Shown here in pieces: positions 25,675-37,870 of a stretch of 64,000 nt of DNA. A program made the translations under genes and the position numbers. Every line of letters begins with the position of its first letter. The first letter of the stretch is position 1. This stretch comes from Acanthaster planci (Eukaryota): the NCBI RefSeq assembly GCF_001949145.1, contig NW_019091358.1, positions 992,961 to 1,056,960 of the forward strand, written 5' to 3'. The notes under the pieces are model-generated. The model was not told the origin of the DNA. It saw only the letters and a program-made list of their open reading frames with translations, and did not search any database.

Positions 25675-26053
25675 TTTACCCTAAAAGTGCATATGTATCT
25701 CCTGTATCGTTGTAGTGAATTTTGTTCATGCCATAATCACGCGCTGTACCTTAGGGAGTTTTTCCAGTAAATGTCTTGTGGTTTTTTGACACCAGTTATG
25801 TGAAAATCCGTTTTGGCCAAGACAGATTAGTTAAAAATGTTCAGTTTTGTCTGGTGACGTGCTCAATGATACGCGTGTGACCATGAACTTCAAATGACCA
25901 CAACAACAGTGGATCGAGTTAAACTTGCTCAGTTGTTCTGGTAAGCGTTTCTTTCAAAATCTTCAGAGAGATCAGCCTTGGGGCAGTCAAGACTTTTTTC
26001 CCCTCCCCAGGGCATTGAGATGGTCCGAAAAAGCCCAGTTCTTTTGGGGTTAA
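25675..26053. mobile_element. TTAA-flanked non-autonomous DNA transposon (piggyBac-like CCC...GGG termini), decayed
   Basis: Left end TTTACCCTAAAAG, right end CTTTTGGGGTTAA. The subterminal CCGAAAAAGCCCAG is shared with the copy at 27506-27936 and, inverted and diverged, with 54424-54459. Confidence 0.6.
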
Positions 26054-27346
26054 CACGGGAAGGCCTCCCCAACCACACCCTTTACACCCTTTTGCGATGT
26101 CCTTTTTTCCTCTTTCTTGAATCCCTCACCTTGCACGACTTTTTACCTCATGCTGAGAGGACTAGCATTATGTCCCCCCTACACTTTGGGGAAGCGATCG
26201 ACGCCCGCTATGTCCAAGCGAGGAAAAAGAGCCTGACATGAAAATCAAAGACCCATTTTTTGACTCGCCAGTCCGAGACAATGATTGGATCCCTTTTGAA
26301 CCCAAAGCGCTTTGAACACGTTCTGTCTCTTCAGTGGATGAGTCAAAGTCCCTGTCACTGTTTAGTGACACATCCTAGTTATTTCGAAAGATGTATATAA
26401 TTTTGTTCAAGGAGATAATTTATGGCCCCAAAACGTCAACTGATGATGTGCATTTTAAAATCCACCTGCGAATTGGACTTTAAATTTTTTTCAAACTAAG
26501 GTCCTTTTTAGTGAAGATGAATTGCATTGCTAAGAGGATCAAAAATAAGAGGTGAAGGAATAGGCTCATGCGTGATTCGAATATACATTTTGCTGTTCAT
26601 TCTTCTTTTTTGGATTCGAATTTATATTCAGAAATGCAGGCAATAAACTAGTCCACCGGTAGATATACTGATATGCAATATAAAACAACCCGCATAAAAC
26701 AGAGATGTGTAATATTTTCATGCTTCATATCATAACAGTTGCATTCATTTAGGCAGTGTTATAGAGTTCTAGTGTACACGTGTTTTTTTTTGTTTTTTTG
26801 TCTTTGAATATTACTGTTACTGTTGCGGCAAAACCCAACTTGATGGTGCTTATAAAAGGCACTGGCCCTGAACGATCATATTTACTGCACGCCAATGGTG
26901 TCGAGTGCAGCACTGAAAAGAGCTTTTAAATGGAATAAATTAGCATAGCTTCTGTTAACCTTTGTGGTACATAACTTGGACATGGCTGGAGATTGCCCCA
27001 CTTATGTTACATTTACCCATTACGAAACTGGCAACCAAACGCGTGTTTGTATCAACCAAATATTTGAGACTTTTAACGACGGATATGTGTTCAACAACGA
27101 CTTGCGTTACTGTTTTTAGAATTCACGTTGTAATAGGGCAGAATTTTCCGTGAATCGTCGCACTTTTTTAGACAGGAACTACTTAATGAGGCACGTGTGT
27201 CAACCAAATTAACAAAACAGCAGAAGAAAATCCTTCGGCAAACATACAACTCCAGGCCAAACATGCTATTATTCGGGGATGGAGTGGTTTCATCTGTGTA
27301 GTATGCGCTCGTTTGTTTGTTTCTTTTTTAACCCTTATCGATCATA

Positions 27347-27442
27347 NNNNNNNNNNNNNNNNNNNNNNNNNNNNNNNNNNNNNNNNNNNNNNNNNNNNNN
27401 NNNNNNNNNNNNNNNNNNNNNNNNNNNNNNNNNNNNNNNNNN
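27347..27442. other. Assembly gap (96 N)
   Basis: Run of N. CCTTATCGATCAT occurs on both sides of it. Confidence 1.
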
Positions 27443-27505
27443 GTCGAGTTATTCCCCGGTCCTTATCGATCATTTTAAGTATCCTCCCTCGTCCTTTTGT
27501 GTAGC

Positions 27506-27936
27506 TTAACCCCCAATGTGCTGTGCGGAATCCCCTCCCCTACCCTCTGCATTTCCTCCAATATCGTCGAGATGCATTTTGCTTCTGCACTGAGCTTCAC
27601 AATTTTGTTGGTGATGTCTTGCGACCTCTTTGACGTTAATCTTGTAAAAATCTGATACACCGTTCTCACAAAACCTATGTTTTTCTGAGACAGATCAGCC
27701 AAAAAATGTCAATTTGTACAATGCGCGCGGGTGACACTCGTAGAGCCATAAACTACACCAAAAAAACTGTTTGTTATTTTTAATATATTGAAGTGAATCT
27801 TCGCAGATATACTTATGAGTGTTGTCACATCTATGCCAAGTTTCGACAAGATTGGACGCGGTACAGTCAAGTTCTTAGGGGCGGAATTCCCCCCCCCCGT
27901 AACATGGCCCGAAAAAGCCCAGCTCTTGGAGTTTGA
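27506..27936. mobile_element. Second decayed TTAA-flanked MITE of the same family
   Basis: Begins TTAACCCC and ends ...CCCCCCCC...CCCGAAAAAGCCCAGCTCTTGGAGTTTGA, matching the right end of 25675-26053. Confidence 0.55.
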
Positions 27937-30900
27937 CAGCTTTCCAAACCGACTCGCTTCTCAGCTCTGTACTTGTACATGTGTTTTCAGCACACTGATA
28001 CCAACGGCATCAGGATACCACATAATGACGCAACAAAGGCTCTTTGTAAAGAGGCGTTGTTCGCCTGGAATCGCAAATTTTTCTTTGGCAATTTTCCAAC
28101 TCAGATCAGCGGCTCCTTGCATTGACACATTAACATGAGCTAGTCAGCAATGTGGGACAGAATGAGAATGAAAAATAGGAGTACGCATGTATGGGTTTGG
28201 TTGGAAAGTGCAGCCCACTAATTCAAGTGACAATTTCTCCCCGGCACATTAGCCTGAAAAGTGCTCAGGTTTCTTTTGAAAAGGGAGACTGTTTGGACCC
28301 CAAAATTGTGAGGTTGTGTAAATCTTTGCCAGAATTAATTCGCTGGTTCCCTGGGCTTCCATTCTGAGGGCAGAACAGATAAAAAATACGGCTAAAATGG
28401 TCCTATTTGCTTGAGAAAATAGAGGGATACCATTTGAAAATGGGTGCATGCAGATTTCGTGACTATCACTTTTCAGAGGGTGAGTTTGTTTTGTGTTAAT
28501 AAATACTAATGTAATTGGTTAACCCATAAAAAATGAAAAGACAACAGTTTCAAAGATTAAGAACATGACAATAATTTATTTTTTGGTTTCAGAAACCTCA
28601 AAGATCTTGGCATGCGTGCTATTGAGCCCTGAACATGCTGATTTTACACTGTTTCCAACGGGGCTTCAAATGGGTGGCCTGTACCCTGGAACGTAATCCG
28701 CACGGCATGGGTATAAGTGAGCACCATGCACCTGACAAAAACTTAAATATTCAGCATCCAAAATTGACAGGGCTAATAGCACACGTTAAACCGCAGCTGG
28801 CTACTGGTCCCTGTGGGACCAGTCCAGTGCGCGTTTAAATTTACCCTCCGTAACAAATACAGAACACGATGCGCATTCAAAACGCGTCAATGGGAAGGCA
28901 CCTCCAGAGTCAACAGGTATGTTGGTAGATACATTCACGTCGTTATATGGCAGCGAGCGGTGTTGTCTTTGTCGCCGGGTGTCATTGCATGCATGCAAGA
29001 AGCCTCTTTAGACGGTCGATGATGAATGGGCTAGATGGGAGAGCTTGACAAGGCCATACACGTAGGAGGGGGGTAACCGATGGATGCATCCCAAAACATC
29101 TCAAGAGACTGTCTCCGACTTCTCTACGGTTGAGATTGCTCACGAGGTCCAAGGCGAAGATGGCCAACTGAGGAGCCGAGAAGATGACAAGAACCTGAGT
29201 GTCGCCAAGGGAGATTGAGAAAGGGGGCTTATATGACTCGGGATACTACCTGTAGTTGTTTATGAACGTATGTATCAAAACGTTAATCCCGTTTTAAAAA
29301 CACATGCCAATCCTACTGTCGAGAAGTGATTACCCCGATGTCGAACACGGAATTTCTTCCTCCGCTGATAAATTTAGGATTAATTGTTTAATCGCTTTCA
29401 AGAACCTGTTTTCGTCTTAGTACTAGAGTCCATTTTAAGCCAGAGCAATTTCCAACATCAAAGCATCGTCCACACCACCTGACGAGCAGGATCGACTGAC
29501 CAAAATGAAAGAAAAGGGGGGGGGGAGCTAGAAAGAAAGTCCAAGTTCGCATTTTTGATTTAGCTCGAAGAGGTTGGACGTATTTCAACAATTTGCCTCT
29601 AATGGCGGGGCCGCGGGCAACGCTTGCCTTCCGTCGCAACAAGTGATGAGGATTGTCAGCCGGGTCTAGGAGAAGGCCAGGCCTGGAGACAAATAGCCCG
29701 CATGCACCCGCAATGCGCACGGGCCATCGGTAATTGCCGTGATAGTGATCTCATAAAAGTAAATGAATTGGCTTGGACAATCAAGCAAACTACCCGATTA
29801 TGTCCTTAATTAGCCTCGGCGACGTAGACTCCGAGGCACCGTCTTCATGCCACTTGGCAGTGCGTATGTGCAGAGTGAGGCTGGGTGTTGAACCTGGGGG
29901 AGCTAGGCCTTTGACGGTTGGCCGCGTGGGTTTGGGTGCAATGGAAAATGCACGAGACATGACAGCAACGCCACTTCATCATGGAATATAATTCTTCCAG
30001 ATTACACCCGTGCAGAAAACGAAAAAAACCCCGTAAAATTCACCTCTTCCTGGTACTCTCCGGAGTGAATTAGCTTCCCACTTCAACCACCGCGCGTTTC
30101 CTTGATCTTCCCGCCTGCGATGCTCAGGTTGCATCCCTACTTCTCCTCTCGCTTCTCTCCCTCTCTCTCTTTGACGCAGTTGCCACTTCATGCCTGACCA
30201 GTTTTATTAGTCCACCATTTGAGAAGCCCCAAAATACGCGAAGTGGTGTCGTTCGTGTTTCTTCAAACGTTAATGATTTTATCGGTTCGACAAGTAGCCT
30301 CGTCGGAACCGGACGCGGCCACCTGACGTCCCTCATTAGATCAGCTTTGCTCAGCATTTTAGCCCGTCAAACTCGATATCGTTTATCGCATCCACCCCTT
30401 GGAGTTTCAGTGACGGAGAGGAATCGTTATTTGCGCAGTTGTAGCAAGCTGATTGTTTTGCGGCTTCCGGTGTCGTGCCCGTGGTTATGCCAGTAGTCGT
30501 CCACATTATCTTCCGTATGCACATCGATAATTAATTGACTTAGGGATGTGTCCCGCGCACTTTCCCGTTGGGCTTTGGTTTTTATTCAGCGATTTCTGTC
30601 GTGTGTTTCTTAAAGAATTAAGGGTCTATATTTGGGCCCAAAGGACCCGTGAATCCCTTATTAATCACATAAAAAGTGACTTTCTGTTGGTATCTTGCAA
30701 GAAAAGCATGAAAGCGACTTCATTAATTGTTTGAACAAAAAACAGGCCCATCTTTTTTATTCTTCAGTGAGCAATTGATCATAACCATTATTTGTTTAGC
30801 ACATCTAACATTTATTAAGTTATTTTAAGTTTTTACGTTATTTTTATAGTATTCATAAACCACAATATTCGGCTTTTTAGGATGATGGCAGCTGATGTCT

Positions 30901-32149
30901 TGAGTTCGATAAAATGATAAAAGATTATCCTTGAGTGCGAGGGTGCTCGTCTGGTCTGCAATACCTGTCATATAAATTACAGGTATTATGTTATGGTTTG
31001 TTCAGAAAGGAGATTTAAAATCTACAAGAAAGACTTAAGCATGGTCTCGCGTCAGAACTTTTTTCACTGACGCCGAAACAAATTCCGCTTTTTTGATGTG
31101 TAAACATATAATATGAAAATGGTGGATTTTGAAGCAGAAAGAATTAAACTTAAAAGAGTCATGTGAAAAGATCAATGCTGTCCTTTTAAAGATAACTGGA
31201 AAAAAATAAACTCAGACAACGAGTAGAAATACGCGGAATCAGGTGGATTATAGAAAAGATCTCATAATTATTCCCCCTTTTGCGGTTGTTTCGAATCCTC
31301 CACCTTACCCCTTCGAGCAACATATAAAGTAGAAAAGATTCTCCCGTCGGGTATGTCGCTTCAAAACACAGCTTTTAAGTCTCAAGAAATAAGAATAAAG
31401 AAATGTATCATCGGGGAATTTTAGTTTTCATTTTTGGCTTTACGCCAGCAGAAACTCACATATTCAACTTTATTGGATGACCGACTGACACACCTCAAAT
31501 GAAGATGAAGAGACCTTGCTCTCACCCCTGAGGGCCGTCACGGTGTCCGAATTTCGTGAATAAAGGCAATACAGGTCTTGGGTATCGATACGTGCCGCCA
31601 GGGTACATGGCAGTGAACGTAGCCGGAGTCCCACCATGGACTCAGTCCTAACTACGGCGACCGAAAACAGGCTTGCTTAAGTTCAGAGTGGTTAGTGCAG
31701 TCCTCTGAGAAGAGGCACAGTGTGTCAATCATTGACACACCGAAAAATGGCCCTGTCTGTGGCATGAGGTGTGCCCAGTCTCTGGCCACATCTTATCGAC
31801 TCAATTAGGAATGACACAAGGAAACGCATCGACATCCGCTGATTATGAGATAGGGGGTCAGTTAAACTTGAAGTGAGTCCCAAACTACTCAAAGTCCGGC
31901 TGAGCTTCCGGGTCGACAGATGACCCAGACGCCCGCTTGTTATTGTCATCAATATCGCAATTATTATTTTTCATTTACTGTGGTGGGTCAGCCCCTCTGT
32001 TATTCTATGGTTATGCAGTCAATCGAGGTCACTGTAAGATTTCATCGTTTGCGGGGGGGGGGCGTTCACTTACTTAATGACTCAACAGCAAGCCAACGTA
32101 GTATACGTGGTTACGAGGATCATGATACATTTGTTTCCCCCGTAATGTT

Positions 32150-32311
32150 GTATTATCTGTTGATAGTATAGTGTTAGTAAGCTTTTTATTATGTATCTAT
32201 CAACTATACTAATTCTTAAATTTTGTATTTTTTAATTTCCGTTTTGTGTGTAAAAAGGTCAAAGGAATTTCCCTTTAATGGGATAATAAAATCATATTGA
32301 CTTGAATTGAA
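32150..32311 (+). mobile_element. 3' tail of a non-LTR retrotransposon (Rex-Babar/L2-like)
   Basis: T-rich UTR-like tract, then GAATTTCCC-TTTAAT-GGGAT stem-loop, AATAAA and a short TTGA(C/A) tandem tail, the arrangement typical of Rex1/Babar 3' ends. No RT sequence is retained. Confidence 0.5.
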
Positions 32312-32394
32312 TATTGCCCCATATTTCTAAGTACACGATTATTTCTCTTTTGTGTAATCCGGTACGGTTATTGTCACTATCGGCTTCCTGCACA

Positions 32395-32625
32395 CTCACC
32401 GACCATATCCAACAATATTACTAAAATACCCATTATAACCAGTATCACCCAACCACCAATATCACTATTATCATTATTATCATCATTAACCCCATAATAA
32501 CCACAATCACCGCTAATCAATAATCACCACTACCACCCCTTCCACCATGATAACAGTTATAACCACCATTACATTATCACCATGATTCCTCACTCTCACC
32601 ATTATCACCAGCATATCACCACCCT
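32395..32625. repeat. Degenerate (CAT/CAC/AAT)n low-complexity tract
   Basis: G-poor run with trinucleotide periodicity (ATCACC/ATTATC). Confidence 0.8.
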
Positions 32626-33859
32626 CTACACTATCTCTAATAGAAAACTGTAAGGTTTTGCATAACCGTCTCCTTGGGAAAGGACGTTGCATTCAACATC
32701 ACTGTCGTCATGGTGAGCATTGCGTATCGCTGTTCCCTATTGTTTTCCCTTAGTGACGCAATAATGACTGGTTTATGAGCGCAATAAAGAACAATAATTT
32801 CATGTGGTGGCAAATGAAAATGTTCCATTCCACAGGGCGAAGCTGAGTGGAATGAAATAAATTGCATCTGTCACCGAATGAAGTTATTTTTACCGCTTCT
32901 CGAATGTTAAACGCCCATTATTTAATTTATACACGTACATTACAAATTATCTGTTAAAACAAACGGTCGTCGCGTATTTACGTCTGCTGTTTTGCGAAAC
33001 AGGTTTGTATCCAAGGCGCTACCCATTGGTTGCACTGTGCAATGAACGGAAAATGAAATGAAATATATCATGTATATGAAAAGGGGCCAAAAACCAGTCG
33101 TGTGGAGTTTTATTCAACGGATACCACTGAATAGAGTGAATAAATCAATGACACTTGATAAAGATCCACCAATCAGATGGAAGGATATGAATGGAAAAAG
33201 TTAATCCACAGAAAGCCAAACTGTTTTTGTAGACCTTCCTTGTTTTATTTTAGTTTGGAGTCATTTTTATCTATTTATAACAATGATGTAGGAAACAACA
33301 GGAAAAATGTTTTACAGACTTTCCAAACAAAATTGTCCCACTTTGTAAACTTCATAGCAAGTGATAAACCACCCACTGCTCTGTGTTAGCCACTGATGAA
33401 CGCTGTCTGTCTTTCCCACAAGTCCGTGATGCAGTCGCTAATGGTCAGTATAGTGCAATAGTGAAGGTAGTTGCCCAATAAGTCTAATAACTGCAAGTCT
33501 GGATGGAGAGGTCATGAGCCTTCGTAATGGCTACTGTCTGCTTTCATTTGGCAGCCGGTTTGGTCACGCCGTTGTGAGCCGGCGTTTCCCGCTAAGACGA
33601 CAACGGGGTAATATTTATCACCGAGTCGTTCTTTTTACCCCCGGGGGAACGCCCCCGCGGCAATTTTGTAACTTCACCGTTGCTGAAGATATTATGTGCA
33701 TATCTCGCCGGTAGAAACTCGATCTGCCAGCGAGCCACGTGAATTTACAAAAGGGCTTTGTCTCAATCCGGTGCGGAATCCCGTCGCCAATCCGACCCTG
33801 TCTTGTCAGAATTACGGCATTTTATCATTACCAATGCAAACCCCGTCCGTCAGACCCTA

Positions 33860-35860
33860 TCAAGCGCTTAGCGTGGCACCCCCGGGGGAACGTTTGTGTA
33901 AAGATGAGCGTGAAAACGTTCCTGTTTGACAAGGACAACGCGGATTGGCGTGGGGGCTTAACTTGTTGATGTTACGGACAACAACCTTTCCAAGGGGATT
34001 TGGCGATTTGTTTTTGTCGAAACTCGGCCCTGCCCGGCGGCTTGCTTTAAGCCCCGGCATGAATCCGGCCCACGCGCGGCGCTCGGCGGGAACCTCACTT
34101 GCGGCATCCTCGGAAAAGTTGTCTTGTCATTTTGGCTTATCTCTGTAACGACTACCCCGAAGGAGCCTTTTCGAGAGCGACTTGAAACCTATGCGCTGGG
34201 GGTTGTTTTCTTTTTCTTTTTCTTTTTTCGTATTGACTGGCTTTTCAACGATACCTTGACTTAATCCGCCCGTACCCGTATCATTCTCCTCGGAGCCGTC
34301 AAAGTTGGAGCGCATCTGTTCGACGGAAGGCTTTAATCCTGCAGTAATGGTTTCGTTGAACATTGTTGTGGAGTGGAGAAATTTGGAAATGTATCCACGA
34401 ACGAGTTTCGATAATCTGGGACTAGTGGTTGACACATGCGGCCGAAGGTACGGTACACGCTTAGAGCCAGAGAGGATCATGTCTGGCACAAGGCCTTGAT
34501 TTCGCCTGTTTATCATGTGCAACAACTTGTCAATTATTTTCATTGGTGTGGGTCCCATAGCATACCGGTGCGCATGTGTGTCGGACACCATGCTGCTCAG
34601 AAAGAACTGATGATTTTTCCCAACCAACGGCCAGAAGAGCGATTACATTAGGCTTACAGTGTCATGATAGCGTGTGAGCGGCCGTTTACACTGAAGTCGA
34701 CGCAAAAAAACTTCCTTATTAAAGACACAATATTCGGATCGGAGAAAATGGACACCGGAATCTCTCAGAGGTGCCCTTATCTTCCATTTGGTATTTTTGC
34801 TTCGAGGTCTGAAGATGACGTTTTGAATTGGCCCCTTTTCAAGCTGTATTTCCCTTTATTTCATAGTCTACATCTATAGGGCCCCAATGTCAAGAGTCAC
34901 AGCGTTAAACTAAGGAGTTTCATCTTCTCCCTAAAACGAACACAACAGTCACCATTTTTTCTAATGCGAGATTTAGCCTACCCAGTTTGAGAAACCATTT
35001 TCCTTTCTTGTCAGGGAAAGATTGTGTCACGTCCACCCGCTGTAACATGATGCACGACTTCCCCACTGCATTAAAGTTGTATTTTCCACAAAATCCCTGC
35101 TCCAAAATATGTATGACTCAGCGATCCATGCACGCATCACTCACAATAGATTATTAGGTTGTCTTTTGTGACTTCTTTCCACCGATTCGCGCTGTCCAGC
35201 CTGTCTATAAGGACCCATGGAACGTATATACACTAATCCACGGGGAGCTATAGTTGGAAATTCAGAAAAACCCTCCTATAACGGAAGCATAATGCAAGCT
35301 GTTTTACAAAAAATCCTGGCCCCTTGATAGTTGCTTCTGGCTTACAAGCCTTAAAATAGCATATGCAGATCTCTATACAGTCCGAAAGTTTGTAAAAATG
35401 GCAAAGTATGAGGCTTAAACAGGACTGCGAGCATGTATTTCTGCGCAATCTGGGCATAAGTGTGCCTCAGAATTTCTGATTTTTGGAATGGAGTATATCT
35501 GTATCTTTCTTTTTCAAAATGACAATATGATTCAGGACTACTTTTAGGGGCAGTCTTTGAATCCTTGAAAACAGAAAGACGGTGAAATAGGCTTTTCATT
35601 TTGAAGTGCATTTTAAGCACCTTGTCTGCTCTTTTTAAGGGAGGGTATTTGATCACTTTTGTCCATGATGCTTTAATGACTTGTCTGAAACTTTTAAGGT
35701 TAGCACCAACGGAGATTTTGATGCACCATTCGTGGGACCAATGAAAACAACCCGTGTTTGGGTTGGGCTCTATATTCGCACGAGCGCCGTAAACATTTCC
35801 ATCGAACTTCATCAACCCAGAAGTTTTCACCCGATTGCAGACCCCATAAAAAAAGAACAT
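33860..35860 (-). pseudogene. Decayed intronless long ORF of unidentified family
   Basis: One frame from 34855 to 33860 (332 codons) has only two internal stops (TAA 34645-34643, TGA 34129-34127). The 169-aa ORF 35860-35351 is in the same frame, and the stretch between is disrupted. Confidence 0.55.
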
Positions 35861-37689
35861 TTTGATGATGAGAAGGAGAACTTGGAGGGTCTGTTTGAGA
35901 AGGCTTCACTTGACATTAATGAAGGAATATCGCGGTCGGAGTCAATTTAGTCATTGAACCCACGACCGGACCGCCCTCGAAAGATTTAGGCCTCAAAAGA
36001 GAAGTGCGCATGGCCTGTGATGTTTTCATGGAATCTGTTCACTGAGTAAATAGCCAAGTAATTATTCCTGTTTCAAAGTTCAAGGAAGTGCTAACAACCG
36101 TTGTTACTTTGGGTGCACGTAGGAGATCGAGATTGTGCGTAGTTTGAGTATTCGCGCATGCGCAATAGTGACATAATTATGGTCGTCGCATGGAAATGCA
36201 TTCTAGCAGACGACGCATTTCAGTGTTAACCATGTGAGGGATTGTATTGGCATTTCCCTTGAAGACCTCGGGTGTGAATAAATTGCCAAGAATCTATCAA
36301 AATAATGATATTTAATAGCTTATGGTAAGAAAGATTTCCGGAAAATAATCACAGAAGTGGAAAATGTCAATTTTACGACAAAGGCTAATTATCTTTTTTT
36401 TAACCTAACTTTGTGTCTCGTTTTCACAATTTTGCCGACTTTACCTTCAAGTAACTTTGATGCCACATGGAAGACGAGTTATTTTTATGAACAAAAAAGT
36501 GTGGATACGAGTGCGCTTCGGTACGAGTTGACTTTTAATGCATTGTACTAATACGTACAATGACGTCAAATTGCCGGACTAAAAGGCACAAACAAAAACT
36601 TTCCGTTCTCATCCCTACGGTTTCCTTCTTGCATTATACTTTCTCATTAGAGCGTTCATGATATTCCTCAGCATTAACAAGTAGGGAAATGTTCAGGGAA
36701 AACCCAGCAAAACTGAAAAAACCTCTAAAATGTTGGCTTGATTTCCAACTTCTGACTCTGTTACTTTAGAGATTAGTATGTATGTGAGAAAGACGGGCAA
36801 AAAGTTGACAGGAAATGGATTTTTATAGTGTGCAAGTTAGCAACAGTTATTTTGAGTATAAATAGTAATCAGTATAGAAATGAGGGGGCAAGCAACTTTA
36901 TCTGAGCCTGATGTTGATCGATTGCTTTCGGGGTCCACCTGCCCATGGACCTGCCTGAGTCAATATAGCCTGAGAACGCATGCGCACCAACTACGCGAGG
37001 GACATACACATATGTGGATGAGGTCATTCTTGGTGATCGGACGTAATAAGTGATGACCAGCATAAAATATAAACAGGTTTTATGTTCTGGACAAAAACAA
37101 TTCGTCGGTGTTGACAATCAACAATTTCTATCAATAAGATATCACTATCGTTTAACTCCGGTTTTTGTACCAGAAAGGACAAAGGCCTTGTTGCTTTGTA
37201 CTGTATTCTGTTGTCCTTTCGAATTTTCCGTGAGGCCAGGGTCACTCTGCTTGTGCCACTGTGGCCTGAACACGGTCAACGATGACGGACTTGACACCGA
37301 TGTCCTCGACCATTCGACACGGCCAAACGGCCCCCCGATTACCGCATAACACATGTACACCGATTGCGGTCCGGGAGAGCAATGGAGACCTTGTACTTCG
37401 GAACGTAAAGACCCCCTCATCCGAAAGACAATTAACGCTTATCCGTACCACTTGCAACGGTCCCCCACTGCCTGGTAATGTTTTAACAATCTCTCAAAAA
37501 CTGAACTAACTCATGGAGATGATCATAAAAGAGCGCCGGTACTCCACCCGCGTCTTTGAAGTTTGGTTGGCTAATGGCGCGTGTCAAATCTAGCCTGTTA
37601 GACTTGGTTAATCGCTGCACCAGGGCCCTTTGAACTATCGGAGATCCTAAACATTATTTGCATAAAAGGAGGTATGAGAAACAAAAGAC

Positions 37690-37870
37690 CAGTGATGTAG
37701 CCATGGGGGGCTGGGGGCACGCCCCCCTCCACAAATTCAGGGTGCCCCCCCAAATGCCCCCACATTGAAAAAACCGGATGAATGGATATAGAACAAGGCT
37801 AACAAAAACTTATCCCCAAAAGCCACACCACTGAAAGCTGCCCCCCATAAGATGCTGGTGCCTCTTTGTG
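37690..37870. mobile_element. hAT-type MITE with 8-bp TSD CAAAAGAC
   Basis: Starts CAGTGATGTAGCC followed by G/C runs. An identical 8-mer flanks it at 37682-37689 and 37871-37878. The right TIR is decayed. Confidence 0.75.

Noticed and set aside
27333..27473. CCTTATCGATCAT on both sides of the gap
   Set aside because: Probably a collapsed local repeat or assembly artefact; uninterpretable without the missing bases.
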